Both the position numbers and the translations under genes were made by a program. The notes beneath the pieces were generated by a model that did not search any database, was not told the DNA's origin, and saw only the letters and a program-made list of their open reading frames with translations. From Welwitschia mirabilis (taxonomy: Eukaryota), in assembly GCA_051453625.1 (NCBI GenBank), contig JBOZIK010000001.1:35564500-35584499 (forward strand): a stretch of 20,000 bases of DNA. Reading direction: 5' to 3'. Within the stretch, counting starts at the first letter, position 1. Every line of letters starts with the position of its first letter. Of this stretch, positions 1-12,100 are shown piece after piece.

Positions 1-139
1 CTCTTTACAGCTAAGGTCTCTTTGCCTCTTTTGGAATGTGAATCCTGATGTCTTGTAGGTAGTAAGATGAAGTCTCTAAATCTATTAATCTCTACTATTA
101 TATAGGATCAGGTATAATAAAGTATTTGAATATTATTGA

Positions 140-868
140 GAGAAGGCATGGATATTTTAGAGCCTGTAAATATTTATCCTTAATCATGAATCTGAGTCTC
201 TTCTAAATAAAAGTTGAAAGGTCTAGCTGCTTCCTCTACCTGAATACTAATAAAATCTAAAGATATGCTATTATAGCATGACTGCTGTGGAAATGATAAG
301 CTAATGTTATGAATTAACCCTCTATGAATGATGCAATAGGCAGATGTCAAATGTATAACTAAAACTCCCCTTGTATTACATATCTAATACTACACCATAA
401 GTGTAATGGTCTTTTGTACCATTAGCTAAGTGAATATGTATACTCTTGATGTCATCTAAACTAGTGATAGAAGTAATGTAACTCAATAGGATCAATACCT
501 CATGGCCATCTATAGAAGCTATAATCATTTTAACTAAATGATCATGGGCATCTAATCACCTCTCAATGTGTATAGTATCATAGAAATCTCTGGTCTCTAA
601 GGTAAAGTATGATCCATGGGCATCAATGGTTCATTTTAACTATAGATATATCAATCTATGATTACCTATGGATCTATCCAACTCATATAGTCACAAAGTA
701 TCTCTCAATATGAATAGAAGCCATCTAGATCAACTAAGAATGTGCTTGTTGAGGTGGAGAACATATAGGCATAGTGTGTTATATCATGAGTGGAACCAGA
801 GGGCCTACATCCTACTCTATTGGCTTAACTTCTACCTCAACATACCTAGCTCTACATGTGTTTAACCT
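140..868 (-). pseudogene. Degenerate env-like / PTTA (Transposase_32-like) extra ORF of the Athila-like element
   Basis: Minus-strand translation across stops and frameshifts gives YFTLETRDFYDTIHI...IIASIDGHEVLI...LTSAYCIIHRGLIHNISL...SMPSL. This resembles the YPxLVREFY...L..RILHxIIxHNL...LPFPSL pattern of Athila env-like ORFs. It lies downstream of pol on the same strand and follows an acceptor-like tttcttgtttaattag. Confidence 0.4.
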
Positions 869-2469
869 AATTAAACAAGAAAGTATAGTGTATCATGCAT
901 ATTGAGTGGAAATTACAAAAATTATGTCTCATGGAAACTCTAAAATGACCTGATAAATTGATTTTTATGGAGTAAAAATTATGAAAATAAGTTCTACTCT
1001 CCTCTAAAAAAAATACTATATCTTGTATTAGCTAATAAAGTAAATAAATCATACAAAAACCATGAAAAATGGAAAACTACTAAAGTGGATCTCACATAAG
1101 GTCAAAAAATGAAAGTTCTCAAATGAAAAACCCAATTAAGTAAAAGCATAAACCTTATTACAATATTCAATTTTTCTAAAATGATCATGTAAATCCAACT
1201 TATGGTCTATGAGAAAATAAATTTTAAAGATAAAAACCTAATTCTACCTCATAAAATGCACAATTTCAAAGTTTGTGAAAAATACATAGTGAAAACTAAA
1301 TTCATAAGTTCAAAATTGTAGAACATGAAAAATAAATAACATAGGTACAAAATATGCTTTTAAAGGATAAGAAATAATAGAAAAAGTTAAAAATAAGTGA
1401 GAGAATAAGAAAATACCTCATGTCAAAAATTCACCCAAATCATGTAATCTAGAGTACTAAATTAGTGAGAGGGGGTTCCAAATTAGTGGTAGGTCCTAGC
1501 GTGATACATGTCTCATGAAGCAATGAAGTGAGAAGGATTAGAAATGGTAAAAAATGGTGGAAAATAAAGGCAATTCACAATTTTAACACATTGTCATCCA
1601 CTCAAGTCATTCAAAAGATAGCCATGTAACTATCAGAAAAATATAGACTGCCATCCTCCCTATCATCTAGACAATTAGGCAGACAATGAATATTTTTTAA
1701 AATTTTGTAAAAATTAAATTTTGATAGTTGACAAATTATGTTTAGAGCTTCCTCTAGCAATGTCAGATTTGAAAAGCAAAGATTTGGGGAATATTCTAAC
1801 AAATATGGAATGTGAATGATTGAAATATTAAGCAATAAAAATGTAATAAGTGGAATGAAGCATGTTCATAGGTATCCAAAACACATTTCTTGATAAAATA
1901 ATTATGAACTATGTGTATAACTCTAAAAGACTAAAAATAAACATTATAAAAATTACAAGGAAACTCATCTAATCAAGAAATCAGTTTTTTATTAAAAACT
2001 AAGTAAGAAAACTACTAAATGTTAAGGTCCTAAAATGATAAGAAAATATAGAAAAAAATTTGAAATAACTAACTAAATAATGAAAGGAAAATAAAACAAA
2101 AAATGGACAGAAGGAACATAAAGAAGATAGCCTACCTACCTTAAATTCTAACTTAGCAAACTTCTATGGAAGAAATCATAACATCACATTATTTAAAATA
2201 CATGATCAAATGTATGACCCTATAAAATTTCATTCAATAAATCAATGTTTATGATGATGCTAAAAATCAAATGCTCTAAACAATGAGTGATAAGATCAAA
2301 GAATTACTTAAAAATAAACTTACCTGCTAACATCTCAAAACATACATTTAAATCCTCAAAAGTGAAATGATCATGTGAAAAGTTTAAAAGTCTAAGAAAT
2401 AAGTAATCCTTCTAATAATACCAAGAATAACACTAATTATATAGCCTTAAAGTTTTTATTATTTTATTT

Positions 2470-2910
2470 TCCATGATGAGGGGAGTGCAATATAGTCAGA
2501 GAAGTAAGGGCCTATGAAGCATGGCTAACTGACCTCCTAATGGAATTGTCATAACTATTATATCACACTGCTAAAGGCCCCTCTTAGGAAATTTGCCTTG
2601 ATGTACTTACAGTAGGACATCACGGTGATTAGACTAGTTTAGATATAAAAAATCATGGTTTTATTTTTCTTTAATTTATTTTTTTTTTAAAAAATAAATT
2701 CGTCATGGTCATATGCCCTAAAATATAAAGGTGAAGTGGTGAAATAAAAGATAAAAAAGAACATACCTAAATAACCANNNNNNNNNNTTCCTTTAAGGAA
2801 AATATAATAAATAAAGCATCTTCCTTTAAAATGAATTTTACAAATATGTAAATGTCATAATATTGGGTGAATCCAATCTTACCACTGTAAAATGCCTAAG
2901 TATAAAGACT
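2470..2910. repeat. Post-integrase non-coding segment of the gypsy element, with homologues at ~16047-16203 and ~18006-18420
   Basis: tatcacactgctaaaggcccctcttaggaaatttgccttgatgtacttacagtaggacatca (2560-2622) aligns with tatcacactaccaaaggtgcctcttaggaatatttaccttggtgtacttgcagtaggacatca (~18109-18171). Also attgggtgaatccaatcttaccact (~2862) vs attgggtgaaatctaatattaccact (~18377). Confidence 0.75.
2778..2787. other. Assembly gap (10 N)
   Basis: Run of N. Confidence 1.
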
Positions 2911-2965
2911 AGTCATGGAGATAAAAGAAATACATAAGTCATGTTTAAAAAATAATTCAATGACA

Positions 2966-5880
2966 TTATAACATCCTCAAAAGGAATAATCTAAGAGAGA
3001 ATTTAGAAAATAATAGGGAGGAAGTCCTTCTCATTAAGGAGAACCTCAACATAAGTGCTTCTATCATGTTCAAGATTACATCAGAAGGTTGCTCGTATAT
3101 TTTCAACATTTGTTCATTAACTTTCAGAATTTCTTTAGTGGTTAAGTCAGAAATCTTAACAGAGCCATTAGAATGTACTTTCTTGACAAGGTAAGGGCTT
3201 AACCATTTTAAGCTCAACTTATTAGGTAGAAGATGTACTCTAGGATTATATAAAAAAACTAGTTGACCAGGTTCAAACTTCTTATGGGTTAACTTTTTAT
3301 CATGTTTGAACTTATTTTGGGCTTTATGAATAAGCCGATAATGTATAGCTCAAGTTTGTTTTTCATCTAAATGATATAATTGAGATAAATAATTTTTAAG
3401 ATTTTTTCTAAATTTACAAGATTAAGTTGATAGATAGAATGATAGGAATTATAACAAACATTAATAGGTAAAACACAAACTTTATTATATACAAGTTCAT
3501 AAGGTAAGAAACTAAGAGAATTATGTCAAGTAGTATGGTAAGCTCCAAGAACATCATTAAGTTTAAAATCCCAAGATTTCTCATTGGTAGAGACAAGTTT
3601 TTGAAGCATTTTTTTTTAAATTTCTCTATTGGCATTTTCAGCTTGTCCATTAGTTTGTGAATCATAAGCACAATCTACTCTATGTTCTATTCTAATGGAT
3701 AAAATAAGTTTTCTAAAAAGATGATTGATAAGATAAGTTCCCTAATCACTAATGATTATTTGAAAAAAGCCAAAACATTGAAAAATTTGAGTTCTAACAA
3801 AGTTACAAACAGTTTGGACATCATTTAAAGAAGTAGGAATTACTTAAACCTATTTAGTCACATAATTAATAGCCACTAAGATGTAGTTTTTATCCTTAGA
3901 AAGTGGTTTAGTTGGATCTGTAAAATTGATTCTCCAATCATTGAAAGATTCACATTTAATAATAGGTTTGAGAGGAATGTCTTGAGAATGTATAAGGCTA
4001 CCATAACATTGACATGCATCACATCTTCTAGCATAATTAAAAGAGTCTTAAAAAAGGTTAGGTCAATAAAATCCAGAGTAAAGAACTTTCATTGCTATTT
4101 TCTAATCACTAAAATGTTCATTACAAATCCTACCATGATAAACATAAATGATATTTACTTTTTCCCATTCTAGCACATATTTTCTCATGATTTGGTTTTT
4201 CATCTATAATAAATATGTGGTTCTATCTATTCATAATCACTTATTCTATGGAAAAAATATTTTCTCTGATTATAACTCCAATTATGTAGTGTTTTTAAAG
4301 TAATAAGATAATTGATAATATCAGAATACTAAGAAGTGAAATGATTTTAAGATATGATAAAAAGTTATTCATCTAGAAAAGAATCATTGATAGAAAGATC
4401 ATCAGAAGAAGAAAGGCATAATAAATAATCTACTACATTGTTATATTTTCCTATCTTATTTGTGATGGAAAGATGAAATTCTTACATTAAGAGAATTTAT
4501 CTAATCAATCTAGAATCAAAAACTTTCTTAGTTATTAAGTTTCTAATAGCTACATGATCTATGTAAATGTTTGTATGGAAGCATAAAAGATAATGTCTAA
4601 TATTATTGAGGTAAAAGATTATGGCTAACATTTCTCTCTCACTAGTTATATAATTTATTTAAGATTTGAATATTTCTTTATTATGATAAGATATAACTTT
4701 AAAATTATTTTCATATTTTTGTCCAAGCACCTCATCCACAACAATATTACTAGCATCACACATTATCTTAAAATCCTTATTCCAGTTGGATTAAATTACA
4801 ATAGGTGCGAAAGAGATTTTATGCTTAAATATATTGAAAGCAAGCTGATAAGATTTATTTCATTAAAATTTTTCTTTTTTCTCTAGTAACAAGTAAAGGA
4901 TTTTACAAATTTTAGCATTATCTTATATGAAGTGATGATAAAAATCATAATGTCCAAAAAAAGATTGAATTTATTTAACATTGGTTGGAGGAGTTAAGTT
5001 TTTAATGATGCTTACTTTTTTAGGGTCCATGCTAATTCCTTTATTAGAAATGTAATGATTTAGGACTATTCCATTATCAACAAAAAAAATATCTTTTTAT
5101 GATTTAAATAAACCATACTCTATGCATCTATCAAGGACTTTCTCTAATCTTTCTAAGATTTGGTTAAAGATTTTTCCAAAGATTGAGAATTAATCTATAA
5201 ATATTTCTATCGAATGCTCTAACATGTTAAAAAAAATACCCATAATAGCATGTTAAAAAGTTTCAAGAGTGTTTTAAAGTCCAAAAGGAATTTGTCTAAA
5301 AGTAAATGTTCTAAAAGGTGAAGTAAAATTTGTTTTAGCCTAGTATTCACTAGCTACACAAACTTGATTATAACCACTATATCCATCAAGAAAGTAATAA
5401 AAAGCATGATCTTGAATTCTATCAAGTATTTGGTCAAGAAGGTTATAGGTCAATGATCTTCTTTCATGACTTTATTAAGTTTTCTAAAATCTATGAACAT
5501 TCTTCATTTTCCATCTTTCTTTACTACCACAATTAAAGGATTAACCCATTCACTATCTGATATAGCATAAATGATCTTGGCATCCATTAAATTAATGATT
5601 TCCTTCTTTACTACTTATTTAAGTGCTAGATTTAATCTCCTTTATAGTTGTATAATAGGTTTTGAGTTTTTCTTAAGATAAATTTTATGCTAAGTAATAG
5701 ATAGAGGAATGTCTAATAAATCTTTATGATACAAAGTAGATACATTAACTTTAGAATTCAAAAGAGAGATTAAGATCAATTCTTATTTAGGAGAGAAGTT
5801 TTTATTGATTATTAAAGGTTTGTTTTGATCATTATATAAAAAAATATATTTCAATCTACTTAGATTCAGATTCAAATTAA
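2966..5880 (-). mobile_element. Degenerate Ty3/gypsy (Athila-like) pol: RT, RNase H, integrase
   Basis: RT: RRLNLALK*VVKKEIINLMDAKIIYAISDSEWVNPL...FIDFRKLN, YYFLDGYSGYNQ, IPFGL, IEIFID*FSI. RNase H: EREMLAIIF, YIDHVAIRNL...SRLIR*ILLM*EF. Integrase: YILVAINYVTK, IISD*GTY, and C-terminal KWLSPY..V..VHSNGSV...KVNEQMLKIY. The RT-RH-INT order is gypsy. Many stops and frameshifts. Confidence 0.92.
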
Positions 5881-6991
5881 GATTTTTAGTTTTTCTAAAA
5901 GATTCATCAAGATTGACCATTGTCTAAGATTGTCATCTAGATATTGTTGGGACTACTTTTCTCACAAATTTATATTTATGGTTTTGATTAATCTAGTTTT
6001 GCTTTGATTTTTGGATTTGGTTTAATACAATGAATATTATTATGTTACGCTCAAAATGTGAAAGGAGTTTAAAAACTCAAAATTTCATGATAAAATAATT
6101 TATTAAAAGTATGTTATAATCAAAACATATTGAGTATAGTTTGTATTGTAAATGGATTTACAAATAAAGTAAAAAGATGAATAAAATTTACTAGATGCTC
6201 ATATGGGTAAATACATGTATTTAAATAGCTAGCCCAAATGTGATATCATAAATGTATTAAGAATTTATCCAAACAATAGTGATGTAAATTTTGATCAGAG
6301 TTCAAAATTTAGATATAAATTTCTTTCATATCTAAGCTCTATGATGTTATTTAAAATCTATTCTGTGGATAACATTTCTATTAAATTTAAAAAAAATTAC
6401 TTTTCAATGTTATACAGGAAATAAAATAATAGAGGGAGTTGAAGATCTAACAATCAAAACTAGATTAATTACATAGAAAGACCTTAATCTCACTTTTAAA
6501 TAACAAAATAAGTTCTAGGTTGGAAATAAATTGAAAAATCTAGAATGAGTATCAAATATTGAGCTAAGAATTTTCTTATCATTATATTAGTTTTTTAATC
6601 TTCACTGATCTACTTGCATGCCTGTGATGCTGCTGTCCCTATGGCCTTGCCATTTACATGTGTTTTGTTGCTATTTTTCATCTATTTCTTTAATCTTCTA
6701 CCTTGCTCTAATGCACATTGTTTCGTCTCCTGTCTTAGCTCTACATTTTCCCTCTGTGATATTTCTTCATCTCTATGTTTTTTGGTTGTGCGTTTACCCC
6801 TCTGATTTGTGTTTTTTCCCCCTCAATTCTTGATTGTTCCACCCCCTGATGTATTTCCATTTTTTATTATTGTTCTTCCCTCAAGTAATGGCTGGGATGT
6901 AAGGATTGATTTCTTATTATGGTAATTTTATTGCTAAAATTAAAGATTATTAGTCTTTTTATGTAGCTAATCTGAAAAACTTGACAAATTG

Positions 6992-7497
6992 ATGTTGTGT
7001 CTATCGACATTTCCTCTTAAACGGGACTCCAAATGCTTTAACTTATTATCCTTTTCTTTACACTCTTCCCAGTCCCTAGGTTTGTGGATAGCTTTAGTAC
7101 CAACCAATCATTCTCATTTAACTGTGAATCATCCCTTGTAGTTTTCTTTGGAGAGATGCTCATTGATTTTATCCCTATAGTAGGGGATGCATCACTGGCT
7201 GATGCTCCTACCTTTAAGAAAGCTCCTGGGGATGCATCCACTAATGTTGATTCTACTTTCATTGGAAAGGTTTATGTAGATAAGTTTGGTTACATTCTTG
7301 CTGATATTTTGGATAAAAATAATATAAATAATAAAGGCATGGATTTTGATACTAGTGTTTAAACTACACTAGCATTTGTTACATTAAGATCTGATGGTGA
7401 GCAAGAATTCATGTTCTATAGAAATCAAAGTGTAGACATGCTACTTATAGAGTTGGAACTTGAAGTTAATCTCTTAAAAATGGCTAAAATTTTACAT
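6992..7497 (+). pseudogene. FRK: Processed fructokinase (pfkB family, FRK6/FRK7-like) pseudogene, copy 1, cut by the gap
   Basis: ESSLVVFFGEMLIDFIP...SLADAPTFKKAPG...FIGKV...FGYILADIL, then [28 protein letters not shown]...AKILH. No introns. Contains a stop and a 27-bp in-frame deletion. The 5' boundary (Ser-rich, transit-peptide-like) is uncertain. Confidence 0.9.
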
Positions 7498-7597
7498 NNN
7501 NNNNNNNNNNNNNNNNNNNNNNNNNNNNNNNNNNNNNNNNNNNNNNNNNNNNNNNNNNNNNNNNNNNNNNNNNNNNNNNNNNNNNNNNNNNNNNNNN
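7498..7597. other. Assembly gap (100 N)
   Basis: Run of exactly 100 N. Confidence 1.
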
Positions 7598-7782
7598 GAT
7601 ATGTGTTTTTTTTTTTTTAAGTCCTAGTTGTTCCATCCCCTGATGTATTCCCATTTTTTATTATTGTTCTCTCCTCAAGTAATGGTTGGGATGTAAGGAT
7701 TGCTTTCTTATTATGGTAATTTTATTACTAAAATCAAAGCTTATTAGCCTTGGTATGTAGCTAATCTGAAAAACTTGACAAA

Positions 7783-8624
7783 ATGATGTTATATCTATCG
7801 ACATTTTCTCTTAGACCGACCTTCAAATGCTTCAACTTGTTATCCTTTTATTTACACTCTTCTAAGTCCCTAGGTTCATGGATAGCTTTAGTACTAATCA
7901 ATCATTCTCATTTAACTTGAATCATCCCTTGGAGTTTTCTTTGGAGAGATGCTCATTGATTTTATCCCTACAGTAGGGGATGCATCACTGGCTGATGCTT
8001 CTACCTTTAAAAAATCTCTTGGAGATGCATCCACTAATGCTGTAGTTACAATTACAAGGTTAAATGGTGATTCTACTTTTATTAGAAAGGTTTTGGTTAC
8101 ATGCTTGCTGATATTTTAGATAAAAATAATATAAATAATAAAGGCATGCATTTTGATGCTGGTGCTCGAACTACACTAGCATTTGTTACATTAAGATCTG
8201 ATGGTGAGTATTAATTCATGTTCTATAGAAATCCAAGTGTAGACATGCTACTTACAGAGTTGGAACTTGAAGTTGATCTCTTAAAAAAGGCCAAAATTTT
8301 ACATTATGAGTCTATTAGCTTGATTACTAAACCTGGGAAATCTACATAATTAGTAATAATGAAAATGACAAAGGATGCTGGGGTTCTTCTTTAATATGAT
8401 CCTAATTTAAGGCTACCACTATGGCTATTAGTTGAGATAATCCATACAATTATTATAAGCATATGAGATAAATTAAACAACATAAGGAAAAATGAAAACG
8501 AGATCACATTTTAACTAAAGATGAAGACCCTTATGATGATGCTATTATGTGTAAATGTTTCCATTCCAATCTCAAGTTACTTCTTATGACAAAAGGCCAA
8601 GATGGATGTAGGTATTATACAAAG
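7783..8624 (+). pseudogene. FRK: Processed fructokinase (FRK6/FRK7-like) pseudogene, copy 2, 3'-truncated at YYTK
   Basis: GEMLIDFIPTVG...[28 protein letters not shown]...[17 protein letters not shown]...YDPNLRLPLW...EDPYDD...LKLLL.T.GQDGCRYYTK reads contiguously without introns. Several stops and a 13-bp frameshifting deletion. The C-terminal DTTGAGD motif region is missing. Confidence 0.92.
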
Positions 8625-8753
8625 AAGCGCTTTAGTTATTGATGGAATACCACTTGCAATGTCAGTATATGTTGAAATTTTATGAAGGTAATTGTAGTAG
8701 CTATTTTCTATCCTCATATTTTAGTAGATTATTGTAGTAATAGTAAGGGGAAG

Positions 8754-9117
8754 ATGATGCTTATTTCTTTTTGCTTTGATTTGTTTTTTAGAGATCTTAT
8801 GTAGTATAAGAAGCCTTCATTTTGACCATGTGATAAATCTTAAATTTGAAGATCATCATTTTGATACTAGTGTATCTTTGGATGACTCTCACAAAATTAC
8901 TATTAGAGTTATGTCTCCCTATGGAAATAGTATGCACTTTGTAAACTTAGTGAAAACAGGTTATTTCTCTTTTATAACTTATGAAGCAGGTAATTACATG
9001 ACATGCTTTTGGATGTATCATGCTCATTCTATAGTCATTTTTACCATTGATTTTGAGTCGAAGAATGAATTTCTTGCTAAATAGTAAATAAGAATTACCA
9101 AAAGGGAGGAAATTGAT
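8754..9117 (+). pseudogene. p24-delta (emp24/gp25L/p24, GOLD domain) N-terminal fragment
   Basis: Signal-like start, then SLHFD...SHKITIRVMSPYGNSMH...V.TGYFSF..YEAGNYMTCFW...TIDFE.K...AK**IRITKREEID. This matches the plant p24delta2 pattern SLRFD...SHKxTVRVTSPxG...GxFxF.AxEAGDYMACF...DFDW...AKDWSxVAKKGQID. The KCISE segment is deleted and the coiled-coil/TM half is absent. Confidence 0.82.
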
Positions 9118-9162
9118 AGCCTGATTTATTCTTCTATTCTTCTGCTCTTCCTTTGATGTGCG

Positions 9163-12100
9163 CTTTTAGATCTACAAGGTATTGGGGTTAAAATTGATGA
9201 TGAGTATTAAGCCATTATTTTCTTGCGTTCTCTACTGAATTCCTATGAGAATTTTATTGATAACATGTTGTACAATAGAGATAGTATATCTATTAGTGAT
9301 GTGAAGGATGCTATGTAGTCTAAGGAATTAAAGAGAAGAGTCTCTAACCCTAAAGAAGACATTGCAAAAGTAGGTCTATTTGTTAGTAGAGGGAGGAACA
9401 ATAAAAGAGATGGTGGAAGAAGAGGTAAGTTACATTCCAAATTGAGGGCTAAATCACTTCGATGTTTTCACTATAAAGAGAAAGGGTACATAAGGAAGAA
9501 TTATCCACAGTGGAAGAAGGAAAACAACAGAAAGGAATTAAATAGTAATAATAGTGCTGTAATAGTATAGGAAAGCTCTAATGAAGTAGAGAGAAGTGAT
9601 GTTCTGATTTTGCAAATACTTGGGTTTTGGACACTGGTGCATCGTATTACAAGACTTTTACACACAATTCATTTACTTCCTTCAAGTAGTGAAATGGCAG
9701 TGTAATGTTGGGTGATGATGGAGAGCTTAGTATCAAGGGCAATGATTTTATGCATATTGAGATGCATAATTGAATAATCAGAACATTTGATGCATGGTAT
9801 GTTTCTAATCTACAGAAGAATTTGATATCCCTAGGTATCTTAGACAAACAAGGATACAAGTGCTCTTGTGCAAATGGATAGCTGAAGGTTTCAAAGAATG
9901 CTATGATAGTAATGAAGGGTAAATTACAACATGAGATTTACATCTTAATAGATAATGTAGTGATGAGAATAGTGGAATAATGTGGTAACAAAATGATTGT
10001 ATAGAATTATGGCATTACAGATTGGATCACATGAGTGATAAAGGAATGACAATATTAAGAAAACAAGGATTATTAGATTGAGCAGAAACTAGAAAGTTCA
10101 AATTCAATGAAGCTTGTATTATGAAAAATCAATGCATAGTTAAATTTAGTTTTGGTAGACATACCACTAAGGATATCCTTGAGTATGCTCATTTAGATTT
10201 ATGGGATCCTTCTCCAATTGAGTCTCATGGCAGATGTAGGTACTTTATTACTTTCATTGATGACTACTCCAGAAAGGTTTAGTTGTATTTTATAAAATCC
10301 AAGGATGAGGTGTTTGGGTAGTTCAAGGAGTGGAAGATTATGGTTGAAAAATAGACTAAAAAACAAATCAAGACACTCAGAATAGATAACAGGTTGAAAT
10401 TCTATAATGCACTATTTGATGAGTTCTGTAAGAAATAAGGTATAGTGAGAAACCACACTGTATGGCATACACCATAGCAAAATGGAGTTATAGAATACAT
10501 GAACCAAACACTCATGCAGCATGCTCGATGCATGTAACTAAATGCTAGCTTGTTAAAGCAATTTTGGGTTGAAGCAGTTAACACTGCTTATTATCTGGTC
10601 TCCATCAACTGCAATTGATTTTGGCCTATCTATATAAGGGGTATGGTCTAGTCAAATTCTAATTATTTTAGCCTACCTATATTTAGTTATGCTACTTATG
10701 CTCATGTTAATTATGGTAAATTGGAGTTGAGGGTAATGAAATGCATACTTGTAGGATATGCAAATAGAGTTAAAGGGTATAGAATATGATGTAGTGAAAA
10801 TAATAAAACTCCAAAATTTATCATTAGTAGAGGTATTACTTTTGATGAATCTACTATGTTTGGTCAGAAAGAGGAGCTGAGTCATCATGTAGACAATAAA
10901 GATCAAAGTGCTAGCTAGAAGGTGGATCTTAAAATTAAAGTTCTAAAGAGGATTACAAAAAATCCTGTATAATAGCCTAGGAAAGAGGAAGAAGAATAAC
11001 AGAGTATAGCAGCAAGATCAAGGAGGGGAATTAAAAGACCTGTAAGGTATGCAGATTATGTTAGTATTGTTGATATTAACTCTATTGCATATGCCTTACT
11101 AGTGGAATAAAATATTGATTTTGATGAATCGAGATCTTACAAGGAGAAAATTGAAAGTAGAGAAGCATCTGAATGATTGATTGTAATAAATGAAGAATTA
11201 AGCCTCTTACAAAGAATAAAACCTAGGATTTAGTACCTCTACCAAAGGCTATGAAACCAGTATGATGCAAATGGATGTTTAAGAAGAAAGAAGGCATTCC
11301 TTGAGTTAAAGCACTTAGATTTAAGGCAAGTCTTATGGAAAAGGGTTTTTCATAGAAGGAAGGAATTTATTACCATAAGCTATTCTCATCAGTTGTAAAG
11401 CATAAAACTATTCAAGTTCTTCTAGCCATGATAAGTGCATTAGACTTGAAGTTGAAATAACTTGATATTAAAACTACATTCTTACATGATAACCTAAATG
11501 AGTAGATTTACATGTCATCCTTGATTTTGAAAAGGAAGATCATGTATGTTTGCTAAAGAAATACTTGTATGGTTTGAAGCAGTCTCCAAGGTAGTGGTAT
11601 AAGAGGTTTGATGCATTTATGATTTCTTATGGTTTTATGTGCAATCAATCTAATAATTGTATCTACTTTAAGAGACCTTTAGATGATTCCTATATATATT
11701 TGTTGCTATATGTGGATGACATGTTTATCGTAGCTAAGAACAAGGCTGAAATCAAAAATTTAAAGACGTTATTAAAAGGTGAGTTTGAAATGAAGGATTT
11801 GAATGCATCTAAGAAGATTTTGGGCATAGAAATTTCGAGAGATAGAAGTGTAGGTCTACTATATATATTTCAATAGAAGTACATTAAAAAGTTATTGCAA
11901 TCTTTCTAGATGTTTAATCTAAGATAGTTACTACTTCATTGGTAGCACACTTTAAACTTGATGCTTGTGCGATACCTAATACAGTTGAGAAGAAGGATTA
12001 CATGAGTACAATTCCTTACTCCAGTGTTATTGGAAGTATGATGTATGCCATGATATGTACTAGGCTTTATTTAGCTCATGTAATCAGTGTGGTAAGCAGG

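Larger units (their letters stand above)
6804..8304 (+). repeat. Direct duplication 6804-7497 vs 7598-8304 flanking a 100-N gap
   Basis: The copies are colinear from gat(t/a)tgtgtttt to aaaattttacat, with scattered substitutions and copy-specific indels of 27 bp and 13 bp. Confidence 0.95.

Noticed and set aside
2540-2625. Hammerhead ribozyme in the conserved island
   Set aside because: No CTGANGA...GAAA core seen on either strand.
7038-7262. 74-aa minus-strand ORF
   Set aside because: Antisense to the fructokinase pseudogene.
8776-9084. p24 ORF as a functional gene
   Set aside because: Internal deletion of the first GOLD cysteine region, double stop, and no TM domain or tail.
9243-10906. 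Minus-strand ORFs 9243-9440, 9647-9859, 10402-10584 and 10673-10906
   Set aside because: Antisense shadows of the copia gag-pol.
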